The translations under genes were made by a program, and so were the position numbers. From Tubiluchus corallicola (lineage: Eukaryota > Animalia > Priapulida), in assembly GCA_030141605.1 (NCBI GenBank), contig JAQGDQ010000193.1, positions 1 through 64,000 of the forward strand: 64,000 nucleotides of DNA, read 5' to 3'. The notes under the pieces were generated by a model. The model ran no database searches. It saw only the letters and a program-made list of their open reading frames with translations, and was not told where the DNA came from. Shown one piece after another: positions 12,301-27,300 of the stretch (the stretch's first letter is position 1; each line of letters begins with the position of its first letter).

Positions 12301-15300
12301 GTAAATCTCTTTAGGGTATGTAATGCAGCAAGGATTCAGTTTAACCCTATACAGTTTTTCTCAGTGCATAAGCAGAAAAACAATCATTTACCTATTGGAA
12401 GAAAATAAATGCTCACATTCTTAACTCTTCTAATGTGAAACCTAATGCTCCAAAGAAAAATTGCTGTACCTGGCTCCATTCGGATGTTAGCCATTCTACA
12501 CCGACGCAAGGACCAGCGTTGCACGACCTATTTCGCCCAGGCCGATGTTCCTCGTCGCAAGTTTCTTCGGGTACCGTCTCATTAGCAACAGGGTCACGGC
12601 ATGTCACGGTGCGAAATTGTTCCCCCTTTCCACACATCACGTCGCACTGCAAAGCACAAATATACAAATTAATTTAGCATAATCTACATTTCCTCTCCAC
12701 AACTCAGTAAAAATTTAACAAATGAAACATGCTTTCAGCTATGAACTGCTGCAAACAAACACTATTTGCCAAAAACTACCAAGTTGAATTATAAAAACTG
12801 AACGCCATCTAACATATCTACTTTTTAAACAAAACGGTTTTCTTTAAACACAACAAATAGTGCGAGTGCTCATGATTTTTACTATTACGACCATTCCTAT
12901 TTTTGAGCAAAGTATCAAGATATGTAAGTGATACAGAAACCGTTTTTACATTCAACATTACGTTAAAGATAACTCACAGGGCCCCATTTGCTGGTATGCC
13001 ATTTTGCACAAGTGACATTTGCAAAGCATTCTTGCATGATTTGCGGTCGTGGTCCCTCTGCTTCTATGCATGGCTCTTCGTCAACTCGTGTTGGCAATCC
13101 ACCAAGCTGCTGTTCACAGAAGACGTTACGGAACTGTATGCCTCCCGCACAAGAGCTGCTGCACTCCTCCCATTCACCAATGTACCAACTAAAAAAATCA
13201 ACAATTAATGTCAGTCAATTTCATTTCCTCTTTACAAAATTGCTCAAATGAAACAGCAGACATTTGGCAACAGTTACAAAAATATGGTATTTTCTCTGTA
13301 TAACGAGTACTGGCGTATAAGACACACGGCCGTCCCTAAGGCTGTTTTTGTTTATTATAATGACAGTTCATAATAACTGATGTGATGAAATTAACGAACT
13401 TGATGTAAAAGCAGTAAACAATGGTAGCAGTAAACAATGTAAAAGAACCGATGTTTACACACTATATAGAAAAAACCAGTAGATGGCAAAAGTCAGGAGT
13501 GAAAGTCTGGCTGAACAGCAGCTAAATACAAACTCACTCCGTACTGCTGCAATTTTGCGCATAGAAAAAGTTCATTAGTGTATTCACCTATTACTGGTGT
13601 GGCGATAAAAATTGTGGCCTACATTGGACCACTACATTCAGGGTATAAGACGCAGGCTGTTTTTAGCATCGTTGTTGCTGGAAAAAAGTGTTTTTACTTG
13701 GCAAAAAATATGGTAAAAAAAATGTATCACGTAAAAATGAACAACAAATAACCAATCTGCCAAAATTGCAGCAAAAAGGTTAAAATATTTATAAACATAC
13801 TACCATAAATGAGCTGTGGAAAGAAAGAACCTATTTATCATCATCAGAAATAACCCAGACAATGACTGACAAGATTCAGGTCAACATTTGAAGTAGTATT
13901 TTTCCCATTTCAAACAATGATACAACAATTCCATGCACAACTCTCGAAAATTTCGCAAGATTACACTCAAGTGTCAACACCCAACACTGGTACAGTTCCA
14001 CAAAAAATCAACCCTGGGAAAAAATGCAATGACAACAATGCGAGCATACACACCTAGCCGGACATGCCTGCGTGTTGCACTCCTGGCTGACTGGCGGTTT
14101 AAGCAGCGGGTTACATAAGTAATCACTAACGACCTCAAAACTAATGGTGCGTGCACACTGCACTGTTCTTGAATGTGTTCCTAAAAAATGTGTAATAGTA
14201 AAATTTAATGTGCAAGCAACAGGAAACTTAAGTAAATTAACAAAACAATTCATTAACAACCATCTCGGTCATACTAAAAAGAGACAAGCAATATTACCTC
14301 CTCCGCAAGACTGACTGCACTCCCCCCAATCAGTGTAGATCCAAGAATAGGCATCAGGAGTGGCCATCGTGACGCCCAGTGGAACAGAGTATTCATAAAT
14401 AACACCAACATTTTTCTCTTGCAGTAAGAGCTGAAATATGAGGAAAGAGAATTATCTATAAACACTGCAAATGAGTGCTAGCATTGTACAAGAATAATAT
14501 ATTATTACAGAAGAGTAAGTTTGATATTTAAATTATAAGTTAGGTTAATGACAAAGACAATATTAAAATGTAAACTTACAATTTATATATCTCAGATATT
14601 TAAAAAAATCTGTTTTTAACTATTTTAGACAATAGAAAAACAAAATGCACACCACACTCAAACTTTGACACTTGATAAATGACCTACTTACACCAAGAAC
14701 AAAAGACAGGTCATACTGATCATTGATCACAAACACATACCACAATAAACAATGATTCAGTAGTAGGTCCCAGAGCTTCTAAACTGTCAGGCGCATTGAA
14801 TGCATGAGGTCTGCGTTTGTAGTGGAATGTAGTTCCGGCAATTTTCAGGTCCCTGGGATAGTCAATTTTCCAGTCTCCATTAAGGTAAAAAACTCCATCT
14901 GTGTTTCTAACGGCTAAACAAGGAAATTGTAAAACATACAAACACTTTCTAAATTAATTAGTTCAAATTACATTTCTGGAATAGCTTTAAAATGATATTT
15001 TTTGATCTTTAAAAAACTTTTTAAAAACATATTAATCTGCAAACTGCAGCTAAGAAGTAAGACATTCACTTAATGTTTTATTTGCAACGTATATTAAAAC
15101 CAAGCATGAATGTTCGCACTGAATTTTATACTGAACAGACTGAGTTATTTTAAAACTTGAAGGCCAGTGTGAACCGCCCTTAAGGAAGTTTAATTGTGTA
15201 GCCAAGGTGGCTACATCTTGCTAGTAACTTTTAAAGTGTATGCACTGACCCAGGTATGATGTCACTACGCTGTTCAGTAGCGTATGTGTATGAACTGACT

Positions 15301-18300
15301 TGAGCAAGCAAGCGAAATTTATCATTAGATGTATGTGGTAATGATGTAAGTTTACTTTTGTTAATTTCTTTTTTAATTTATTCGTTGATATATTTGACCG
15401 ATTTATTTAACCAATTCATTCCCTAAAATTGTCGAAATGTCAGTCAATTTGCTCTTAGAGAACTGTTGTAATTTTAATTATTGCAGAAATGAAGGTCAGT
15501 GGTTTACATGAACTTCAGAGAATTTCAAGGTTTTATCATAAATGCCTTCCAGAAGCACTAACATTAACCAATCCAGGGTAATTTATAAACTAACAGAGTT
15601 CATTTTATTTGAACAAAAAACTGAAAAATGAATCATTTTGAGAACGGCGTTTCAATCTTCAGACATTACAGAAATGTTACGTAAACAAGAATTATGTTTC
15701 CTAAGAAGCAAGTCAGAGCGAAGAAAACCAACCTAAAAAGTTGCTAGATGCACGCCGTTCTCGTATGTGGATATTTGTCGCTCCCGGCGGAATCAGAAGC
15801 ATATCTGTGTAACCTGGAAGCAAAAATTTTACATGAAAACTTTAAATTTTATAACTAAAACTGTGCACATAAAAACTATGTTAACAATAATATCATTTAT
15901 AAGTCAAAGCACACCTAGCAGCATAATAAGTACATCATTGATTGAATTTCATTTCATTTCAAGGTACATGACAACAAATTCAGACGAATGTTCAGAGAAT
16001 ATATCCTCTATTACTCTAATTCTTAACTCATGTCTCACTGATATTAATAAGAGAAAGGCTGAAGGGCACCTATAATCGGAAAGGAACCGCTAAAATTATA
16101 TACCTATTTGTAAGTTATCGATGTCGAAGATATCTTCGATGGTTTTGCAAGTGCTGCCGTCTCCACCGCATTCTCGGCAATTGTCTTCTCTGGCGGAAGA
16201 GCCTAAAATTTTGTCACAGCCCACCGTCTACAGCAAAAATAAATAAACGAGACATCACAGAGTGTCCCAATTTTACACGTAAAAAGGCTATAAAGAGAAA
16301 TTTCATTTATTAAATCATTTCAATTCGAGACTTACGAAAGGTAGCTTAAAAATAAAGCCTTAATTTGACATTTCTCAATAGTGACCAATGGAAATTCCTA
16401 CTTCTACTGTCGGAAGGTGTTTTTTGCTGGCTACAAGAAGTGTAGCTTATAGGGCTGCTGTTTAAAAAGTTAAAAATCAATGATATCCTATATAAAGTAA
16501 TAATATGCTATAAAAGAAAGGATGCAATAATATAATTTTGTTGAAGCATTGTGGTATTTGGCTGATAGGCAATAATTACACCATTTCTGTTAAAAATGTA
16601 CAAATACTTTTTACAACCTATATAATAGTATATCACAACTTTGTTAGATAAATTCATTTTTGATAAAGCAGAAGCAAATTTGCAACATCATCAAAAAACC
16701 TTAAGTCTATTGGAAACAATGATGAAAAATGCACAAAAGGCAGACTAAATAATTTAAAAACACAACTAAAAATTACAAAAGTGTCCTTTTTCAGTGCCCA
16801 CCCATTCAAGCACATTCAGAATCTCAATTCACAGGTATCTAACCACTTTAACACCTAACAAACCCACTAAAAGAACTGGAAAATGTCAGCAACAGTGTCC
16901 ACAAGTCAACCAAAATTGTGATCTATAGCAGGAAACCGTACTAACTGGTTTTTAATAATTGTTCCATTGTGGAAAAGAAAACAGAATGCCAAGTTACTTT
17001 AAATTTAATTTATAAAAAAATTGTCTAGTTTTTGAAATAGAGAAATTATCTAAGACAGCCTTATAAAACTCTTTCCTACTAAACAGCATTAATATCCTAT
17101 TGTAATCAATCAAACGTTCCAATGTAATGTAACTATTGTAACATTTCTTAAACACATTAGTCCTAGATATAACAAGCTTGCAGCAGCTGTATTTTCACAA
17201 GTACCAAGATCACTGGGAAGGCTCCTGGTTCCTGCGTTACTCACTTGCGAATTAACTCTAAAGAGGTCTGTCTCGTCATGATGTTGTTTGGTTTCGTTCT
17301 TATTCTTGTTGTTCTTCATGGAGTAAGTTTTATCAGTTTTTAATCTTGTGAGGTTAAAATAGAGTTATTCAGTATTTTATGAAAAAAAGGATCAATGACA
17401 ATCGTAAACAGTGTTCTGAATGTTCTAAATGAAACAGTCACAAAAAACTGATCCATGACAAAAGAGTAGATAATATTCTAAATAATATATCCAGGTAGTT
17501 GGGAAGAAAAAAATCAGTAATGAGTAACATAATGCTTTGCATTTTGGACTGTTTAAACACTTTATTATGTGTATATATTTTCATCCATGCAAACTGCAAA
17601 CTTTTCTAAACAAAATATAAAATGATACGATAGAAAATTCCATGTGTACTACTTTATTAAAAGTTGAAGGGCCTTAAGGTCTCCTAGCGAAAAGTGGCAT
17701 CTTGGTACCTGTGGTTTTAACCCACATCCTAACATAACTCCTCCAGTTAGATGCTGGTCTGGTTATGCTTTTCTTGGGGTTTGGTCTGGCTCGTTGATAA
17801 GTAATGGACGACAAGCCAATTTTTGTATTTTCTAAACACTGTTGTACAAAGTAACTTTGTTGGGAAAACTCCATGAAGAAACTCAGAAACTACATGCATT
17901 GTGCAAACAGGTCTTTAAGGAATCTAATAAATTAATTTCACAACTAAAACAAAATATACTGCTGTCTTACTCGACAAATGCCATCAACGCAAACGTCTGT
18001 AGTATCTGCATTACAGGGCGTACCATCTGCCACCTTTTCCGCAAACCTATAATAAAAGTTCTCCCCTTCCGGCCGACAATTCAACTCACAATCAGTCACA
18101 CCTACAATAAAACAGAAAATTGGTTTATTTATAATTATAAACGTGAAATTCTGGAGAATAAATTAATAAACGTTGAAGCATTCGGCCTCTCTTGTCCATT
18201 TGTCCTCTCTTACTAACACACCACAGATAGTTTATGTAGATGAATATTAAAAATCTAAAAATACTAAAAAGTGACTGATGTCATAAAACATAATAGGTAG

Positions 18301-21300
18301 TGATGATTTTTGAGGAGTCTGACTATTTATTATTAGCACACCACAAACAGTGAATAAAAAAGAGGGTTACAATGAACAAAAAGCACATACTGAGCAAAAA
18401 ATGTCGTGTTGGAACAATAACACATGGCAAATAATTTTGTACACAGGTCGCCAGTGCATACTGCTGGCAAAGAAACTGACGCCAATTAGCATAAACACCA
18501 CACACTGTTTGCTACCCTTGACCTCGGCTCAAATGAGTTAATCCTCTCATCATAAATTAGGGTTTGATACATATATATACGCATTATGTAAAAAAAGTGG
18601 CTGCACCCTAAATATTTGCAAAAATTATTGTAAAGGACAAGAAAAACCCTTTACTTGTAATAAAGCTAAAACATTCGTCTTGAAATTTTATATTACTTAC
18701 ATGCTGTCTTACTGCGTACAGGGTTTGCATTAACAGTCAAGCTGATAAAACTTGTAAATTTAAACTCACGTGATGACCATTAAGTGCAGCCATTTTAACA
18801 ATACGTCGTTTGAAAGAAGTCGAAATAGCATTGCATAAAGTTTGAAAATATAATCACAGCAATCATAGCACACTCTTCGCTAGCTAATAAAAATTATAAA
18901 TGACTGTATCTTGCCAAAAAAAAATTAAAAGTACTTTTTGGTGAGTCAGTGGTGCACCCTGGGAAGGTGAGTCAGTGACATTTTACCAGTTGGCGCAAAC
19001 ATTAAAAATTACTAGGAATTTTCTTTTCTAGTTATATAAGTCTTTCAAGCATGTTGAGTAATATAACTTTATGTAGAAAGTTTTTTTAAGACATATTTTG
19101 AAATTGTCTTTTCTTCCCCTTTAAGACACATAGAAGAAAGAAAACCAAATTTGACAGCATTGGCCAACTCTGTCCAACTCCAACATACACAATGGCTCCA
19201 ACGTCTTGGAGATACATGGGTAAGTTTTTGAAACAAACAGATCAGAAAGAATCATCAACTTTTCTCGACAAAAAACAGATGTTCATTTCAAGACTTCTAT
19301 TCAAAAGATTGGTCAACGAGGAGTCACTAAAAAAAATCATAATAAGAAGAGGTTATTCGGGCCTAACATTTTACAGGTATTACGGATCTCTTTGCCAAAG
19401 CTGTAAAATTAAAATGATATTAATTCAGCCAAGCTGGAAGTTTTAGCAGACATTGGCTATAGTTAAAATGTTTTTAACACACGAGCTGTACTTATGTGTA
19501 AAAGATCGTTAACTCCAGTCAACATCCGTTGATATTTGAAAATTAAAATACCCATAACTTTGTATTGTTTTACACAATAAGCAAAAGAAACAAGCATGTT
19601 AATTATTAAAAAACGTCCAACCCAAAACAAAGGTCATGACAAGGTCACTATTGCCGCACAATAACCATGTGCACATAATTTCCTCGTGCTAATGACAGAT
19701 ACGCCACAAAGAAGAAAATAATAATTTATTTTTAATAACACCAGAAAAAACATTCCCTAATTTTCATTTCATGAATGCATAACTTTCACACGTGCTCCGG
19801 ACATTTGCACGCCATTAAGAAACGAGAAATTCCTGCATGTGCCTGAAAAGTGGAAATTTTTGAAATATTCACCCCTTGCTGGTTGTTGTTATTAGTAAGC
19901 TTATCAAATGCCTCAAATATAATATCAAAATAAATCCACATGTTCGTATTTGTTTACTTTAAACGGATACCCCACGACAGACAGGATGGTGTCACTTTTT
20001 GCATTTAAGGGCGGGGTGAGTGAAAAACATCGGAAGTCCTGGAACGCTTGTGAGAAAATCTGTACGCGGAAAACAGCTGATGTCGTTATGACAAACCTCT
20101 ATTTTTACATGGTGTAAACATGTGGAAAAGCACTGCTAGTTTTTATGGACTAATGCATATTAATGCAAATGCTGCCTGATACCTGAAACAAAATAGCCAT
20201 GTAGCCAAATAACCTAAATGTCAATTTGTAAAACAGGGTATTACATAACTTTTTGCTATGAGGTATAAAAGCAACAAATAATAGCGCAGAACAATTTAAT
20301 ACGTGAAATTCAAAATATTGCTGAAACAAATGGGAAACTGTCATACTCTCGAAATTTAGTGAGGGAGATTTGAGTGGAATCTGTCATACTCTCGAAATTT
20401 AGTGAGGGAGGTTTGAGTGGAATATGTCATACTCTCGAAATTTAGTGAGGGAGGTTTGAGTGGAATCTGTCATACTCTCGAAATTTAGTGAGGGAGGTTT
20501 GAGTGGAATCTGTCATACTCTCGAAATTTAGTGAGAGAGGTTTGAGGGGAATCTGTCGTGCTCTCAAAATTTAGTGACGGAGGTTTGAGGGGAATCTGTC
20601 GTACTCTCAAAATTTAGTGAGGGAGGTTTAAGTGTCTTGCATACCCAGCAATTGGGGGGGGGGACAATCGGAGCAGTGACTCACTCATCATCCAACCCAT
20701 CTTGCAGATGTCTCACTAGATTGTTTGTCAAATACAGATCAACGACAAGTTCTTGGACTATATATGGGAACACACTGTCCTTAAGGATAGTTCGTACGTA
20801 CGTAAGTCACACTAAGACTGTCCCCTTACCATTTAAGTACGGCAGCCAAGTGTAAAATTTTCCCTGAAAACGCTTGTTGTTTTGAGCGGAGCACTGTTCA
20901 GCTCTGAAATCAGCTGAGCTATCCGGGCAATCCTGGAAAAAAGTTGCAACTTGTAACACAGTTGAATCAAAGAAATAACTATCACTGCAAGTCAAAAAAC
21001 AGAAGACATCAACATTTCAAGTGATCTACCTTTTACAATAGTACATTAAGTATAGTTTCATAACATCATACGTTAATATGTAATATCCGCATTATATAAC
21101 GATTAATTAATTATATAATATAACTAATTATATAACGATTAATACGTACGAATTAATATGCTGAGACAGTTATACAGGTAAAACAAAACTGGGCCACCCA
21201 TTATGAAAACAGTTCTAGGTACAAGGAAGATGACGATGATAGAGATGACAATGATAATGACAATTACAGTACCAGTAAATGGTGACAAGATGATGACAAT

Positions 21301-24300
21301 GATAACTGATAATGATGACGGTGACAGTAGTGATGATAATATTCCTGGTGGTGATGAAAGTGATAATGAATTTGAGAAAGAGGCGGCAGTGACAATGACA
21401 ACAAATATGGTGAAGATAATGACGCCATTAGAGTCACAGCTTGCTTTTTTTCAAAATGTGAATTCAGCGCAATTTAGCAGTTTCAGCATCTTTAATCTAA
21501 CATGGAATAAACATTAAACAGAAAGCGAAAAACTGGTTAAGTTAAAACACAATTTAGAAACGGTTTTGTTTATACAAGCAGTGACATGTAATGAAAAATA
21601 TAGTATGATGAAATATACATTTTTAGGTGCATTTGGCTTCTTATATTTGTCAATATGTACTAAGAACGCAAGACTTCGAAAAGCAAACAGTTACTATTTG
21701 TAAGAAGTAACCAGCTAGTCAAATGAAGCCATTTTTGTCTGCATTTCAAATCTGATTACATGAACGGTTAATGTGCAAAGGTGTACGAAGTACTTTTCTC
21801 GTAACCCCAACTGTAATCCCACTTAACTATTCATCCCCTCCTAGTCGTGCATCCACTATTCCACTTAACTATTCATCCCCTCCTAGTCGTGCATCCACTA
21901 TTCCACTTAACTATTTCACCCCCTCCTAGTCTTGCGTACGCCCTCCTCCCCCAGATAAGGCGTATAAAACAGTATTTCTCCACCCCAAAGCTTACAAATT
22001 CAGCGAAAACAAACAGCGGACTGATGTAGCCTGACCGACTTTACCACGCAGGATTTACACAGATGCCTACTTAAGAAACAGGGAAAATAGAGTGGTTTGA
22101 TTCGGTGACGACACCAGAGAGCACCACGTGCAAAAACACTGCCAACACGTGTTCATCAAATGTCATATCAAAATAATTACTGTAACAGCAAAAAAAATAA
22201 AATTGCATTGCAGCAAAAACTGAACAGCCACGTATATCAAACAAATGATAAAACACTGTTACAAAGTTTTTTTACTAGCAGTTTTTTTAAGTAGCTCATG
22301 ATGATGGCAATTACAACGATTTGATAGCAGGGGTTATGTTGACGTTTCAAGATGGTAATGATGACGATGAGTAATGGTTGTAATGATGAGAAGTAATAAC
22401 GATGACGATGATGACAATGACGGCGATGATGACGATGATGATGACGACGCTCATGATGATGATGATGATGATGATAATGACGATGATGCCGGCATTGATG
22501 ATGATGATGAGCTGATCTTCAATGTTAATGATTACGATGCTGACGAAAAAGGTGATGATAATTGTAATGATGATAGTGATGATCATGAATGATGGTGATG
22601 ACGATAATGATAACAACAACGACAAGACTGATTAATGATGGTGACAATGCTGGTGATGTTTAAACCAACAATGTGTATATATATAATCATCAGTGCACTC
22701 CAGCAGCATTACTATGGATAAAAGTTTAATTTGAGTCCAAATACTCATTTCTGTACAGAATACTGCAAACTAACTGGGCCATTAAGCAAATTCACAAGTC
22801 TATATATAAATCATTTTGAACTTTGGCAGAGGAATAACCATAAACACTGCAAACATTACCGACCAACACTATCACATTAACCCATTACCTCTTACCCAAC
22901 GTTAGGTAATCAGTTTACCCAACATGACCAAACATTTATCTAGTAAACACTCAGTTATGCTAATCCATCAGGCTCCAACTGGGCTGTTATATCTGGCAGC
23001 TTTCAAATGTGAAACATCGTTTTCAAACTATATTACACAGAGCTTACAGCTTCTCGGTTAATGAAACACATAAGGTACGTATAATTGTAAAACGTGGAAT
23101 CATCAAGCTAATCAAAGATTTAATGCCTATCCACTTACCTGAATATTACAAGATCTATACACCCGACTGGCACCTATGCAAGCAGGATATCCATCCCACC
23201 TAAACAATCAAACATTATTCATATAAATCCATATACCAATTGTTGGTTAGTAGTCAATTAAATACAGTTAATTAATTATTATTTACTGACTGACTGACTG
23301 ACTGACTGACTGACTGACTGACTGACTGACTGACTGACTGACTGACTGACTGACTGACTGACTGGCTGACTGAATGGGTGGGATGGATGGGATGGGATGG
23401 ATGGATGGATGGATGGATGGATGGATGGATGGATGGATGGATGGATGGATGGATGGATGGATGGATGGATCAATGGATGGATGAATCAATGGATGGATCG
23501 GTGGATGGATGGATGGATGGATGGATGGATGGATGGATGGATGGATGGATGGATGGATGGATGGATGGATGGATGGATGGATGGAGAATAATCAATCTAT
23601 CGATCGATCAATCAAGCGTTAATGAATGTACGAATAAGAAATTAAGTTAATCACGGAGGAATAAGCATAATATGTATAACGATCATGACAGCTTCTATTA
23701 TCCAATTGTTTTCAAAATAATTCTCAAAATCTAAAAATATAATTGCCCTACTACACAATATACACTGTTCTAACGCCAGTGGGACTACTGTTTAAAATCA
23801 CAGGTTAAGGACTTCTATAACTAAAGTTTAGTTAAAACACTGTTTATAAAGTTTAGTTATAGAGGTACTTGCACAGGCATATCAACAGATATACCGGTTG
23901 CCGGTCTCGTTTAATACATGTTGTCATGGGGGACGGACAAAGGGCCACCGCTCAAAGGACCACCGAACAAAGAACCAAAGACAAATGCTAACGGAATATC
24001 GTGTGAGATACATTGCGCTTTGTGTTCAGATATTTATATTAGTAATTTTCAGAGATTAAATGCGAAGTTCTGCATTGTTTATTTTTTGCGTCTTCAGCCG
24101 TTAGCATAGACCTAACTGATAAGAATAATATGAGAAAGCCTAGTTCCTGCTTTTTATTCAGATCAGCACCAAACACCGGGGAACTCACGTGGCTTAGAAA
24201 CAACGAGGTCATTTAGTAACTTTAGTCGCAAAAGCAAAATTTTTCATCTCAAGTTGATAGGAAGTGATATATGGACGCAATTTGCAAGTCATTTAAAGAC

Positions 24301-27300
24301 CATTGGTCAGCACGTGGTCATACACCAGGTGGCCGTCGTGCGTGGACATTAGCTAACTAGGGCAGCAGGAAAAATATCAAAGCGTGGACTGTGCAAGTTT
24401 CAGGGAACTAGATGGGTCGGGATGTAAACGAGTGAACCTCGTGAAATTGTACTTTTGTAGCATTTCAGTAAAAATGTTCTACAGACATTTGAAAGTTTTT
24501 GAAGAAAACAGTTTTTGAAAAGATATTTGTTGGTAGTAATAAAAAACGAAACTGAGAAAACAATGAGAAGAGAAGTTGGATTTAATCTGAATTTGAATTT
24601 AAACTTTTATTTCGGAATTTCTTCTATATAAAACTGGTTAAAAAGGTCTAAATAAAAGACATAGCGTTCAGCAAAAATAAATAAAACACGTGATTTTAAC
24701 CAGGAACTTTTAGTGTTGCGATGCAAGCCAAAACTTTTCAGTTTTAGAAGCTTTTACTTTCCGTGTTACAAAGAATATTCAAGAAGCATCTGACCAGTAC
24801 TGAATTTTGACTATGACTATGATTATACTCACCGAAGGCGCAAAAATATATAAACGTTTGTTTGCTCACGCTAAGAATAATTGCTAATTAAACTGATTTT
24901 GGAAGCTAGATTTTTCATGCCTCAAATGAGTCAAATCCAAAGTCACCAGTAACCGTTATATTCAACTTGGTTTCAAAATAGTTATCAATTCAGGTAAACA
25001 TAATTATATAAAATTTTGCGGCGGTTCAATGTGTATAAGATAAGACCATGACACACGCACTAACCAACTAACTAAGTGACCAAGTTACCATACTATTTTG
25101 CGACGCCTTACCGTGATCCTTCACAACTCCGTTCTTGGTAGGTGATTCCACCTCCGCACGACCGCGAGCAGGGTGTGGGGTTTGACCAGGGACCCCACGC
25201 TCCCCGGTCTGGTTCATTGGAATCGGCAATGTACTCCTCGTTGCTGTAGCGAGGGTCAGGGGCTCGCTTCTGTATATTGTGCACTGCTGATGCATCATCC
25301 TTTCATTAAAATAGAATCGCACAATAAATACAATAAAAAAAATTAAATATAATGAAATAAATGTCAAGTCAACTATCTAATGTCCAGATGACGTTACCCA
25401 AAAACTAAAGCAGTTTATCTATACACCTATTTAACGATGGTAAGTACGTAAAATAAAATATACAACAACAGTACTTGCTGTAATTTATTGGAAAAAAAGA
25501 GATCAGTGTCATGCAATATACGTTAGTAAGTCCCATAAATAGCAACAAGAGTTGATTTGTGGTTAATTTAACATTGAGAAATGTATGATAGTCTTTCATG
25601 CAAGCAAACGAAAATCTATTGCCGGATAAAGTGGACAGGCCACAAACACGGTACTTTTTATTGAGTACTCAACTGCGTATCATAACTTTCTCTATACATC
25701 ATACTGCGCAGTTTTTATTTGCTGAAATTTTTGTACCAATGGGACGCAACAAAGCTTTTCAACAACCATACAATTCTAGTTTGTACACAAAGCTGTTCTC
25801 TAAGGAGAACACAAACTAATACACCTGGTACTGTAAAATGGCTCCTGTAAAGAGGCCATACATTTTGCCCTGATGAGTAATATTACAAGCAACTTTCTTG
25901 ACTAGAATATGAACGGATAAAGGAATGTCCTATTCAGATGTAATCAATCGTAAGTTCCTAACACATGTAAGAAAAATTTGTGCAATTTAATGACTAAAAT
26001 ACGTTAAGATCTTAATTAGCTGGCATTCGCAGACTCTGGTGCACTGTTCAACAAAAGAGAAAGCCAATAGTTTTTTTAAACAACCGAAAAGCTTTCAAGT
26101 CAGGACTATAATTAGTGAAATTAATTAATGACTGGACTCTAATTAGTGAAATATTCTTTTGGGCTCCTATACTTCAGCTAAAGCATCTCCGCAAAATACC
26201 GTAAAAATGACAAATAAAAACCAGTTTCCATGATTAAAAAACGTTAAACTATTACCGTTCCTTCTTAATTTCTGCCATTTTCAATTTTATTTTCATCTGT
26301 ACATTGACTAAAGAAAGCGAATTACATTGACTTGACAACACATTCCATGCTAAACAGCAGTTCGTTAAAGACGCTTTACATTATTAAACTCTTTGTTTTC
26401 ATTTATTTTTCTATTTGTTTTTATTCGGTTTTATTTTGAACGTAATTTTGCGAGGGCTGTATAGTGTAAGCTATGTAATAACTAACAGTAAGTGTGTAAA
26501 ATGATAGGAAGACCGTGACGTCAATTGCACTTCTGTAACAGCTTTTCAAGTTTTCACTGAAATGTTTTAACATTTTTTATACCCCAATGCATTCACAGTT
26601 GAAAAAAGAGTTGAAACTCCCCAAAATAAACAAATTATACTAGTTATCAGCTAACAGAGGTGATACATTCACAGACCATCTTCTAAAAATGTCATTTTTG
26701 CACATTTTCTTTTCATTTGATCAAGTTAGCCACTATGCCTGATTACGTTATTTTTTCACACACAAAAAAGTTCAAACAACAATCTACTAACCCAGCTAAA
26801 GCCCGACATCATCAAATTTAAATTGTGCTTGTTTAGTCTTCCACACCATGCTTTCTTTAGCAACGATGCAAAAACGCTAAATTATTTGTATTAAACAAGC
26901 TGCTTAAACTGATATGGAACAAATTAGAGGGCGGATCTATGGAGGTGTCAATAACATCAACAAAATGGAATAAAAAAGAGACCACACAACGAACGGTAAT
27001 AAATCGAGGATTAAAAAAGGGATAATCGCTAATGGGCTTTCGCTAACTTTGAACTCATAACCGTCAAGGTATTATGCTTGTTTCTTAGCACCCCATAGGC
27101 ACGCCCTTGCATATCAAAACGTGATTGCATACGAAGCCAATACTACCACGCTTGAATGGGCTTGCCTGGACGGCACCTGCAAGTTGTCTACATCCAAATG
27201 TGGTTTCATTTTAGAAACGTCATGTATTCCATTCAGGCGGCACGTAAACCCTGTGATACCTGCTGTGACTGCGCAAAGGTCCCACCCACGCCACTAAACT

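Noticed and set aside
20338-20634. Possible CRISPR array
   Set aside because: Units are contiguous with no unique spacers, there are no cas genes, and the context is a eukaryotic intron
22347-23650. Poly-Asp, poly-Ile, MDGW and HPSI ORFs
   Set aside because: Translations of microsatellites
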